From Podarcis tiliguerta (taxonomy: Eukaryota): 64,000 nucleotides of DNA. The DNA lies in NCBI GenBank assembly GCA_965153285.1, contig OZ229123.1; one strand, written 5' to 3'. The number at the start of each line of letters is the position of its first letter. The stretch's first letter is position 1. The position numbers and the translations under genes are program-made. Of this stretch, positions 47,782-58,662 are shown piece after piece. The notes under the pieces are model-generated. The model saw only the letters and a list, made by a program, of their open reading frames with translations, had not been told where the DNA came from and ran no database searches.

Positions 47782-50700
47782 CGTGGCGGCGGACGGAGGA
47801 AGAGGAAATGGAGGACGTGCAGGCGGCAGTGGCGGCGGCGGCGGCGGCAAAGAGGAGAAGCCGAGCAGCCGAGGCGCGCCAGGCGGAGCAGATGGAGCGG
47901 CCGCCCGCCTGCCCTGCCCCCTAAGTCCCCGCGCTTTGGGAACCTCCCCGTCGGGGCGGGGCGCCGAGGTCCGAAGCGGGCCACCCGGGAAATGGACACG
48001 CAGCGGCAGCAGCCATTGTTCTTTTACTGCCCCTTTGGCTCCCGTGAGTGCCACGCTCTTGCCCTCCCTCGGGCGACAGCATCTCCACTGCCTTTGGTGC
48101 CCGCCGCCCCCCCCCCCCCGCGTTACAAATGTGGCCTTCGCGGGGGCGCTGGGCGGCGGGGTGCCCTAGACGCCCAGCAGGGAGGGATACCCAGCTTACT
48201 CCCCACTGCTTCGCCTTGTGCTTGGGTAACAGTAGCTGCAGCCGCCAGACAGGCGGGCGGACGGGAGCGCCAAGGCCAGGCCTGGCTGCTGATAAAAAAC
48301 ATCCATCGAGACGAGAGGCGAAGGCCAGCTTCCCAGGATGCGCTCCTGTGCTGGACGTGGCCTGCCTGGGCCGCCGTCGGGGCTGAAGGGCATTGGCAGA
48401 GCCGGAGGGCGTTGCGCCACTTGTTTGCACACTGACGGCAGCCGCCGGTCGCCACTAATCCAGGAGCTCGCAGCAAATAGCCCCGGGGAAGAGGGGCCGG
48501 AGCGGAGCAGATCAGGGTCCAGGCTGGGCTGGAAGGGCAACCTTGGCACCCCTGCCTTGCAGGGTGGTGCCCAAGAGAGAAGCCCCGTGAGGACTTCCTA
48601 CAAGGGCCCCTGCTTCCATTCCGCCTGGAGGTGCAAGATGCCCTCTTGACAACCCAACCAAAGGGAGGGGAGCCCCTTTGGGAAGGCAGGCGCTGGGACT
48701 GGAGGGTTAGTACCCGTGGGCATGGTGGGGGTCGGAGCTGGCACTGAACACAGTGCAATCCAAGCAGCCCTTGCTTTGCTCTGGGCTTGAACCACCCAGG
48801 GTCAGCACTGGCTCAGCTGTTAAGGTCAAAACACAAGAACGGCCTGTCTGCTGGATCAGTCCAAAGAGGGGCCACCCAGAATCTTGTCCTCATGGTGACC
48901 AACCAGATACTGCAAAAGGAAGGCCACAAGCAGACCATGTGTGCACTTGTGATCCCCAGCAGCTGGCATTTAGAGGGACCCTGCCTCCAGCAGTGGAGGT
49001 AGTGCAAAGCTATGCTCCTCTTCCTTGAATTTCTTTAATCCTTGTATCTGTGGTCAGCCTCAGTTGGAACACATCACTGTTAAACATCTGTTAGTCTGCC
49101 CCTGATATAGAGACCCAAAAGATCGTTTTCTGAAACCTTTGTTCACAGAAGCAAGCAGGTGCATCCCGGCAGAAACGGTCCAGTTTCCTTTGGGTGACAA
49201 TAATAGCTTTGTAACACACAGTGTGGCCCTCTATCCACCAGCTGCAAATAAATATCAGGAAAAGGGAGTTAGATAGAACACTATAAAGTTGTGGTAATTT
49301 GGAGGTTTAATTTGAAATCAAACTGGATTTGAGTTTGTGGGTGTATCTGGCAACCTGTCTTACATCACTGATGTTGCCTCATATTATGGATGTATGATCT
49401 CGATTGTTTTATTGGGACTGTGGCTGCAGGTTTCTAGCCTTTGGCTAGAACAATAAACTTTAATTGACTGACACAGCCGGGACCTTACATGCTCTCAGGG
49501 CAGAAACACAAGAAAGGAGTCACACAAACACACTCACCAGCAACACCACCAATCAGGAAGCAGCCTGCCAAGACCACTCCAGCTTGAGTTTGGGGAGAGA
49601 GGAGGAGTTGCCCCTCTGCCCTCTTGGCTGCAAGGCCTCAGCCAACAGAGCAGTTGGGCAATTTTAGACTTTGGACTTAATTCAGCTTAATTCTGCCCAT
49701 CACCCCCTTTAGAGTTGTGTGCTGGCTGTGTATGGGGTGGTGTTGTCCTGCCCATTCTGCCAAGTGGGGGCTTCTGCCCCAAAGCTCTGCCTCAAGGGCA
49801 CCATATAGCTGACCCCTACATCTCCACCCATCAAAGTTCCAACCAAACGGGGGCTGGGGAGTCCAGCAGCACGTAGAGGGCTAAAGGCTCGCCCCACTCC
49901 AGTCCTGGTGGAGGTGCCACTAAGTTTGATGGACCAGTGTTCTTGACTAGATCAGAGGCAGCATGCATGGACTGCAACTCCCATCAGCCCCAGGCATAAT
50001 GAGGCAACAGTGAAGGATGATGGAAGTTGTAGGCAAAGGTCTGCTTTGGAGGTTCCCCCTTACCCAGCCTCATCTACCCAGTGGTTGGCCAGTTGGACAT
50101 CCCCCTGGGGAAGAGAGGGGGGGGCAGGAAGGCCTGCCCAGCTAGGGGGCACCAGGGCAGAGCCAAGGCCCCTGTGTGTGAGAGAGAGGGAATCTCCAGG
50201 GCTGTGGGGGTCACTCAGTCTGGGTTGCACTGGCTCATGCTGACTGTGAGCGCTTGTGACAATAGAATATAACTGCTTCTTTCCTACATGCTCAAAATTC
50301 CTTGACCTTTTCATGCATGAACAGACCAGTTGTTTGTTCTTCAGGTGCTTTCAGTTCTCTGTAATGGATTCCCATCCTTTAGACTACCTATCTGTGAAAT
50401 GGGTAGATGTCTTCTAGAATGACTGTGCATAAGACTGCACTGGACCTGCAGCTTAACATGCTATTTGCCGCAGGGCTCACCAGCTGCTTGAGACACTTAC
50501 ACTGGGCTCACTCATAGCTGCTACTCATGAGACAATTGGCATCTGAACTGTGTTGGGTGGATGTGCTGCTTGGCCATTGGAGATTAGAAAGCACATGTTT
50601 TTTGGAGAACTTCATCCTTGAAGCACCAGCCTCTGCTTCTTGTCTCCTGGGCATGGCTGGTTTGCCCTGAGCCACTGGGCTGCTCCCCTGGCAGCATGCT

Positions 50701-52289
50701 GGGCTCCAGGCTAGAGTTACTTGGCAAGAGTTGGCCGCTCTGGCCATGAATGGCTTCATCTTAGAGGAGACCTCCTTGGTGCTGGACAGGCTTAGGCAAT
50801 GGATCCAGGAGGAGAGAGGGCTCATGTGCTTGAATCCTGCTTTCAGGTTTCCCACCAGCATCTGGCTGGCTGCTGTGAGTACAGGATGCAGGACTACATG
50901 AGCCCATTTGGCCTGATCTGGCAGTTTCTTCTTATGTTCCTAGTATTCTTTGATTGACTGAGCCAAGGAGCCAGACCCAGAGGCACTCCAAGATGCCAGC
51001 CTGTTTACCTCCCCTACTTAGGAAGAGGCTTAGTACTGCTCTCCTTCTCACTTCGGCCTCCTTGATTCTGCTTCCCACGGGGCAATAAAGGGTGTTGGGC
51101 ACCCTTCCATGCAAACTCTGCATTTGCCCAGGATCCCTTTCAACAGCAGCTGTGATCTTCTGGAACTGCCAGCCTCGCCAACTTTCAGACAAGATCTTTT
51201 AATTGAGCACAGACTTGATGACTTAACAGACATTAAAGCACAAAGTTTCCTCGTAATTACGGCGTGTAAAATCTTCTCATGGGTTGCAAAAGTTGTCTTG
51301 TTGGATTTAGGCACCGCCTAGACTGTGGTCCTTTGCAGACCGCAATGTGCTTTTCAGGCAGGCCTGGAGAGACAATACGTGTCTCTCAGCCCCAAGATTA
51401 GGCATATTGCATGTTTAGGAGAGGGTGAAAATGGAGTGGTTCTGGCTGCAAAAACGACACCCCACCCTCTGTGCCTATACACAATCTGTGGCAATGCACA
51501 AGTGGCTCTTCTGACATTTCTCACAGAAATAGAGTGAGAAAACGGAAAGAGAACTTGAGTGGAATCTACACACATATAAAAAAACCACTGTGAAAATGCT
51601 TTTCTAAAGACCGTTTTGAAAAATACATTGAATTTGCCATAGCTCACTGTTACCATCTAGTGTCACACAACACACTTAAAATGTTTTATTTGCAGCTGTG
51701 CAGCTGGAGTCTTGGCAGGACCCCTATTGGAACAGACTGCATACAAATCCCCTGCTTCTGGACAAACCGAAAACTCACAAGTGTCTAAATCTGAGGCCCG
51801 ATTTGAGCTTGAGGACCCTGGCCAAATGGCCATCCTGCCTGCCCGCCCCCCATCGCCCTAATTGGCCCTAACTGTAAAAAGATGCAGCCCCTCACCAGTA
51901 GCAATGAGGGCTGGATTCTGGCATTTCTTCTTACCTTCTACTTACCCGTGGTGCAAATATCTTCTGCACTGCATCAGGTACCCAGAGCCTGAGGTTGCAT
52001 CTGCAGCACGGACAGATTTGCAGGGTCTGTAGGTCCATGTGTGTTTATGGTACAGAAGCAAATACACTAGCTTAGATCCAATGAAGCCATGTTTGTCTCT
52101 TGGACAAACTGGAGGCAAGATTGCAACTTTTTTCATGTGCAGATATTTATAAAGATTCTCTCTCTCAAAAAAACCCCCACCTATGCTGCTTGCTAAGGCT
52201 CATGCCCATATGGCAATGCTTTCAAAAGCAGGATGGTTTAAACAGAACTGTGTCAACTGGATAACAGAGGTTGAATGGCCTCCTGTCAG

Positions 52290-52382
52290 GGATTCTTTAG
52301 GTGTGATTCCTGCATTGCAAGGGGTTAGATTAGATTACCCTTGGGGATCCCTTCCAACCCTACAATTCTATGAGTCTATGAT
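52290..52382 (+). mobile_element. CR1 LINE 3' terminus (reverse copies near 21937 and 22636-22810)
   Basis: GGATCCCTTCCAACCCTACAATTCTATGAGTCTATGA CR1-type tail. Confidence 0.7.
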
Positions 52383-52899
52383 CTGGGCTTGGAAAGTTCA
52401 GTTTTGGTCCCATTATATAAATGAACCAATTTATTTGGGATTGGGATTGGTGACTAAAAGTTGCTAATCTGCATTAGAGTCCTCTTGTGATTCTTACTGT
52501 GTCTTATTGCTGCATGGTGATTTTATTTAATTTTTGTCATTGGCATCTGTGTGTTCCAGACTGGAAGAGAGGTGGGAAGGAAAAGTCACAAACAAGCAGA
52601 AATAATCTCAGAAGCTTCATGGGGGGCAGGGTATTGACCAGTGAGAATGAACAGACACCCAAATGCAGAATAGCCAATGGTCAGGGGAGATGGGAATTGT
52701 TGTCCAAGAACATCAGAAGAGCCCCTACAGGATACCCCTTCCTACCCAAGACAGAAAGGAACACCTGAAAAAAGGAGGAACTAAATACTTAGTGGGACGG
52801 AATGGGACATAGCATCAGCTGGAGAGCAGAGCAGGAAAGAACAGCCCAGGAAACAAGCAAACAAAGCTAACCCATGACTTCTCTTGAACTTAAAACACA

Positions 52900-53400
52900 C
52901 GATAAGCTTCTAAGCTTGACCACTCAGACAGCAGTTAAATGAGGTCCAGGCAACTCTTAAACAAACTGCAAACATAGGAGATAGTGCAGCTGAGCTGCAG
53001 AACAAAGTACACGATGCGTTGTAAAAATATAAATGAAGAGTATCTAAAACAAGAAGACCTTGAAAAAGATGGCCACCAAAAGCTTCATTTTCCGACTTTG
53101 CTAAAGCAGTAGGGGGTTCAGGCACAGAAATCTTCCTTGGAAGTTGACTTGGCCAGCTCCTGGAACTGGAAGAAATGGGCAAGACCCCCATGCACTGAAG
53201 GTAAGTCCTGAGCAGGCTTGGAAGCTGGTGCCACTCTTTGCCCCTGAGCCCTGACACAACTGCAGCCTCCACAATAAAGCACACACCATCTTTCTCTCAC
53301 GGAGAAGCAAAGATCCCAGTGGAGGGAACTTGCAAGATTTATGCACAATAAAACAAAGGAGACAATATTAGCTGAAGCCAGAAAAAAGATGCTCACTCAA
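52900..53400 (+). mobile_element. Degraded L1 ORF1 remnant
   Basis: LARFMHNKTKETILAEARKK resembles the L1 ORF1p RRM/CTD junction; otherwise disrupted. Confidence 0.45.
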
Positions 53401-54349
53401 AGAATTGATTCTACAAACTCCTTATTCCTGAAAAATATTTTTATACCACCCTTCATTAATAATACCATGGTGGTTCAAAACAATTATATTAAAACTGGTA
53501 CATTAAAATATATTCAGTAATAAAATACATCACAGGCCAGCCAGATGTCACCCAAAAATGCCTTCTGGGTTGACTTCAGCAAGCAGGAAAAGCCCATCAA
53601 CGCTGGTGCCTTATTTCAAAGGAGAGGCTGTTCCAGAAGCTGGGTGCCACAACAGAAAAGTCCCTTATTTGGGTTGTTGCAGGAAGGATCTCAGCACATA
53701 CGCAAGACAAGCTCATCCAAGGATCCTTGAATTGGGCTGGTACATGCAGGAGAAGGTCTTCCTTCAGGTACTCTCACTTCATTTATACATCAAGAATAAG
53801 AAAGATAAGCACAATATTTAAGGAAACAGTTTTTTTTATCATCACCATCCACTTTGCATACAGAAGGTCCTAGGCCCAATTTCTGGTGGCATTTCCAGGT
53901 AAGGATGGGAGATAACCCTGCCTGAAACCCTGGAGAGCTTCTGCCAGTCCGTGTAGACAGTGCTAAGCTAGATGGAACAATAGTCTGGCTCCGGGAAGGA
54001 CACTTGCTGTGTCTCTGTTACTTTCTCTCTCTCCGTTTTGTCTTTTGCTTCACAACCGGCCTGGAGAGGAGGCCTGGAGAACCTGGAATCTTCCTCCCCC
54101 CCTCCTGCCCTTTCTCCTAGTGAAGAGGTTGCTCTCTTGTGGTTTGGAGGTGTTCTATTCCCTACATGAACCAATACAGCTCAGGACACATTTTGCTCTT
54201 TAACCTTCATTTTATTTTGCTGGTTTTCTTGGAATACTTCTTAGTGGGTTTGAGCTGGAAGCCAAAGGCAGTCAAAGTCAATGTCGCTTTCCTTTCTTCT
54301 GCTGCTGGCATTTCACCAAGGAAGATCACTGGAACAGACACCTGTAGGG

Positions 54350-55201
54350 CATGGGTCGGCAAACCAAGGTCCGCGGGCCAGATCAGGCCCAATTGCCTTC
54401 TAGATCTGGCCTGTGGACGGTCCGGGAATCCAGGCAGCCGGCATAGCGCATGAGCGCGCATGATGGTTTTTGCGACTCAGCCAGGCTTGGGGGTCAAAAG
54501 TGAGGCGAGCGGCTGCTTGAGACAAGCCCCTTCTTCATCTGTGATGCACGCGCAGCAACCTTTTCTTCCAGGGTGGGGAAGAGGGAAAAGGAGCCACAGT
54601 TCGGATTTCCACCATGGAGCTGCCAGCAACTGACCTCAGGAAGGGCAGTTGCAGCAGCAGGGGCTCAGAGGCGCCTAAGAAGCAACACCTGCTGGTGTCT
54701 GAGGTGGCGGTGCTCCCCGCCAAAGGAAGCGGGGAGCGCCTGGGGGGCTGCACTCCAAAGCAGTTCTGCGTTCTGCTGGGGAGGCCGCTTGTTTGCTACA
54801 CGGTGTGAGCCATGGAAAGGTAAATAGTCGTCGCCTTGTCTTCCCTCACGTGGGGAAAAGAATGTTTTTGCTTGAGCGGCACTGGCCTGACTTAGCGTGG
54901 CCAACAGCTTTTCCCTTCACCCACACCTGCGCAAACGCTCTCCAGGGCTGACAGAAATGGCGCACTTACCTCAGCCCCCCACCCTGCCTTACAAGAGAAA
55001 TAACTGTCAATGCGTAAAACGCAAAGGAAGCAGCGTGGGTGTGTGAAGGAACACCCCCCCTCAAAAAAATCAGATTTGGGCACCGAATAAGGGTTTTTGC
55101 CCAAAAATGCGGGTCATAATCATGGCAACATATAGTCCGCCCCCTACAAGGTCTGAGGGACAGTAGACCGGCCCCCTGCTGAAAATGTTTGTTGACCCCT
55201 G
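54350..55201 (+). mobile_element. Non-autonomous hAT (Charlie/OC1-like ends) DNA transposon carrying captured host sequence (Pack-hAT)
   Basis: TIRs CATGGGTCGGCAAAC (54350-54364) and GTTTGTTGACCCCTG (55187-55201), 12/15 complementary. 8-bp TSD CTGTAGGG (54342-54349) / TTGTAGGG (55202-55209). Subterminal GGTCCGCGGGCC and GTCTGAGGGACAGT...GGCCCCCTG motifs. Confidence 0.9.
54614..54819 (+). pseudogene. CRPPA: Captured coding exon 1 of CRPPA/ISPD (CDP-ribitol pyrophosphorylase A), premature stop at 54806-54808
   Basis: ACCATGG start. [37 protein letters not shown](R) versus human [39 protein letters not shown]. Phase-2 donor AG|GTAAAT at the homologous position; no further CRPPA exons seen in the window. 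Confidence 0.88.
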
Positions 55202-56400
55202 TTGTAGGGGCTTCCCTGGATAAACAAAGGCGCCCCTCCGGGAACCAACCGCCTTATAGGTCTCCATGAGCATCCCGCCATTGCCCACGAGAGGGCGCTG
55301 CTCCCTCGGTCCGTGGCGGCGCCACTTGCTTTCACCTTCGGGAATCCCTTCGCTTAATTCCGCATTCTGGAAAATCCTCCCCGCAGGAGCGCCCCCTGGA
55401 GGGCATTGATCGAGTTGCATAAGGAAATGGAAGGGAGCGGTCTCTGCCCGCAAGCGGCTTACAATCATCCTAATAGGCAGCAGGGAATGCTATGGGCGGG
55501 GGAGGGGAAGGATTTGAACTCGACCCAACCTGGGAGCGGGGAGGAAGCCAAAATCGGGGGGCGGGGCTCCTGCTGCTGTCCTCACTGCAGCCCTGGGGCT
55601 GCCGCTGCTCAGCTGGTCCGAGCGGTGGTCAGAAGGGAATCCCGCTCCCGCGTGCCAAGAATCAGCCTCACACCTCTCCCTCTAACGCGCGCCTTGCCCG
55701 TTTCCACTTCCCCTGGCAGAGATTAACGCGCGCCTTGCCCGTTTCTCCACTGATTTGGCCAGGAACGGACAACGGGGGGCGCAGGGGGTCTCTCTTGCTG
55801 TTTGAAAGGGACCATCTTTTGCAGGTCCCTTTCAGTCTTCGGCTGACCGGGGTGAGGGTCGTGCTTACCTGGCATAGGGACAGGAGGATATTCTGTCCAG
55901 GGGGGCTGGGTGACATTTCGGGGTCCCGCCCCCTCCCCAGCTTCCGACCAGCCCGCCACACCCCCGCCTCTGCATTGTGTGGACCCCTCCCCGTATTCAA
56001 CCCCCCCCATCTCCTCCCTTTCTTGATGTCACCAGTTGGTCTGGAAGCACCGCCCCGATCCCTCCCCCCACCCCGACGGCGCCCCGCGATTCCGGCACAG
56101 ACAGGGAGGGACGCACCACAAAGAAAGGCGACGGCGGGCCACGGCAGGAGAGGCTGGGGCCGGGGAGAAGGGGTCGCGTCTGTGCAGGAGGTGAGAGAGA
56201 GAGAGGGGGGAGGGCGGGCCGGGGGTGTCTCTGCCTTCAAAGGCTGGCTCTGTGACGGGACTCAGCCCCGAGACCTGTTAGCAGCCAAGACAGACAGTGC
56301 CTCTGCCCATGTGCCGAGAGTCTTTTTTCCCCGGCAGAGGCAGGGCAGGCGGAGGGAAGCCCCTTTTCCCTGGCACAATAGCGCGCCAGGAATTTTGCAC
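55202..56400. promoter_or_regulatory. CpG island with multiple GC boxes; gene assignment unclear (the next syntenic gene in mammals is SEMA4B)
   Basis: CpG-rich; GGGGCGGGG about 55558, CCCGCCCC about 55925; minus-strand donor at 55867-55868. Confidence 0.6.
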
Positions 56401-57175
56401 TCCCCCTCCCAGAGAAAGCCCCTTCAGTTATCATCGAAATTTAGCGTGGGAGGGGCAGAGGCATTTTATATAGCTAAAGGGCTTCCGAGATTTTTTTTGG
56501 GGGGGGGGCGTCTGAATGGCTCTTTTCAGAATTAGAGGGACGCAGGTGATGGCCCCTCTGGCGCGCCCCCCCCCCCAAGTTTAGCCTTAGGCTGGGGATG
56601 TGACAACCAACAGAGCTTGTAACGGAGCTGGGACTGACCCCTCCTGAACTCTGGGGTTCAGCCGTGGCCCTTGGCAAGCAAAACAACCTGATGCCCACGT
56701 GCCCCACCCATCTCAGCAAGGCGCTGGACCAGACCCCCGGTCACCCCACAGCCAGCCCTCAAGGGCCACCCTGAGGCAAGGAGAGGAAGGCATCACAAGG
56801 GGGGTTCTAATAGCCCCCCCCCCACACACACTATATTGCCTGCATTTGCAAAACCCTTCATCTGCTGTTCCCCCACACCAGGCTGTGCTGCCAATCTGGG
56901 CACCCATTAACAAATGTTTGTATCTGTCTTGGATAGAGCATGCTTGCCAACTCAGATTTTGCCACAGAAGCTGTGAACAAAAGTGTATTTCGGAAGGACT
57001 GTCTGCCACAGGGGGGCGGCGGAGAGAGAAAGAGAAAGGGAGGGAGGGAAAGAGAGAGACTGTCCCCCCAGAACCCTAGGAGAGCACCTGCTTTATAGGA
57101 ACATATTTTTTAATTGCTTTTATATTCAATCTCCGGTGAGTTCAAGGTAGTGTATATGGTTCACTCCTCCTCAAT

Positions 57176-57309
57176 TAATTCTCTCAAACTTGAGGCCCCA
57201 TCTGTTGTTGGACTACAACTCCCATCATTACTAGCTAGAGCACCTGTGGTCAGGGATGATAGAAGATGTAGTCCAACAACAGATGGGGACCCAAGTTTGA
57301 GAAACACTG
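57176..57309. mobile_element. Short hairpin MITE of the GGACTACAACTCCCATC family; related copies about 21640-21745, 28553-28720, 45107-45281, 49960-50065
   Basis: Inverted arms CTCAAACTTG..CCATCTGTTGTTGGACTACA / TGTAGTCCAACAACAGATGG..CAAGTTTGAG. Confidence 0.7.
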
Positions 57310-58320
57310 GATTAGTGTGTCAGACTAGGACCCGGGAAACCAGGGTTCAAATCCCCATGAAGCTCATTGGGCCAGGTTCTGTCTCTCAACACATGGGTGT
57401 TGTGGATCAGGGATCCACATGCACACCACCTTGAGCTCCTTGGAGGAAAAGCTGGGATAGAAATGCAATAAACAAATACCAATCATCCCCAAAACCTCTT
57501 TCCTGCTGCAGCAGCTGCCCATGTTGCAGAGAACTTCGCATTTCCTGCCAGTGGACCATGACATCTTGAGAGCTTCAGGCTGGGGAAGGCTGAGATAGAC
57601 TACGTCTTTCAACTATTCCGACTTGGTTGGGAATTTTCATATTTAAAACCTTATTTCCTTCTCCCCCTCTCCTAGGTCCATTCTGAAAGCCCCAGCTGAC
57701 CTCAGCATCGCTGGCCTCCCTGCCAGGTGAAACTAGTTCCTTGCATCTTTGTACCCATGCCAGCTGCTCAGAGCTGAAGGAGGTGAGTGTGAGGACCCTC
57801 AGCCTGTCAGCTTGTGTGCTTCCTTTATGAGATGAAGCCTCGACAAATGGGCAAAGAAGTCGAAGCAGCTGCCAGCCAAGAGGGTATTTGGCATCTTCTG
57901 GGAAAGGCTGGGCAATCAATGAGGGAACCTGCCTGCAAAAAAGCTTCCCCCCCAATGAATTTGGGGCCTTCCATGGCCAAGTGCCATTCTATGAACCCCA
58001 GCCTACAATAGTGGGACCCACCAGGGTTATTGAGGAGGGCTTCCCCTGGTGTCATGTGGTGGGAGGCGGCTCACAGCCACATATCTTTCTTTCTGACAAT
58101 GTCCCGAGCTATTTAAGGGTAGTGTGTGTTGGGAGGGGAGAAGGGATTGGGAGTCACCATGTTTTTAGGGTGGCAGACATTTCCTTCCTTCTCTCCAACC
58201 TCCCCACCAAAATGTTTGAGAACTCAACTTCCACCAGGGCATCAATGGAAATGAAGGAAGTTGCCTGGAACAGTCAGGTCAGAGTATTTCTCCCTTGGCT
58301 TTATTGGAAAGCTAGAAGCA

Positions 58321-58662
58321 GGGACGCAGGTGGCGCTGTGGGTTAAACCACAGAGCCTAGGACTTGCTGATCAGAAGGTCAGCGGTTCGAATCCCCGCAA
58401 CGGGGTGAACTCCCGTTGCTCGGTCCCTGCTCCTGTCAACCTAGCAGTTCGAAAGCACATCAAAGTGCAAGTAGGGAAAAAAATAGGTACCGCTCTGGCG
58501 GGAAGGATAACAGCATTTCTGTGTGCTGTTCTGGTTCGCCAAAAGCAGCTTTGTCATGCTGGCCACATGACCCTGAAGCTGTACGCCGGCTCCCTCGGCC
58601 AGTAAAGCGAGATGAGCGCCGCCACGACTGGACCTAATGGTCAGGGGTCCCTTTACCTTTAC
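58321..58662 (+). mobile_element. Sauria SINE
   Basis: Same family; TSD CTAGAAGCA (58312-58320 / 58663-58671). Confidence 0.93.

Noticed and set aside
54614-54819. Functional CRPPA gene at this locus
   Set aside because: In-frame stop, altered glycine motif (AKG for AGG), no exon 2 visible, and enclosure within transposon TIRs/TSD.
55492-56535. 347-aa ORF, and similar long ORFs at 47668-48435 and 18884-19582
   Set aside because: Low-complexity Arg/Pro/Gly translations of CpG islands with few stops; no recognisable domain.
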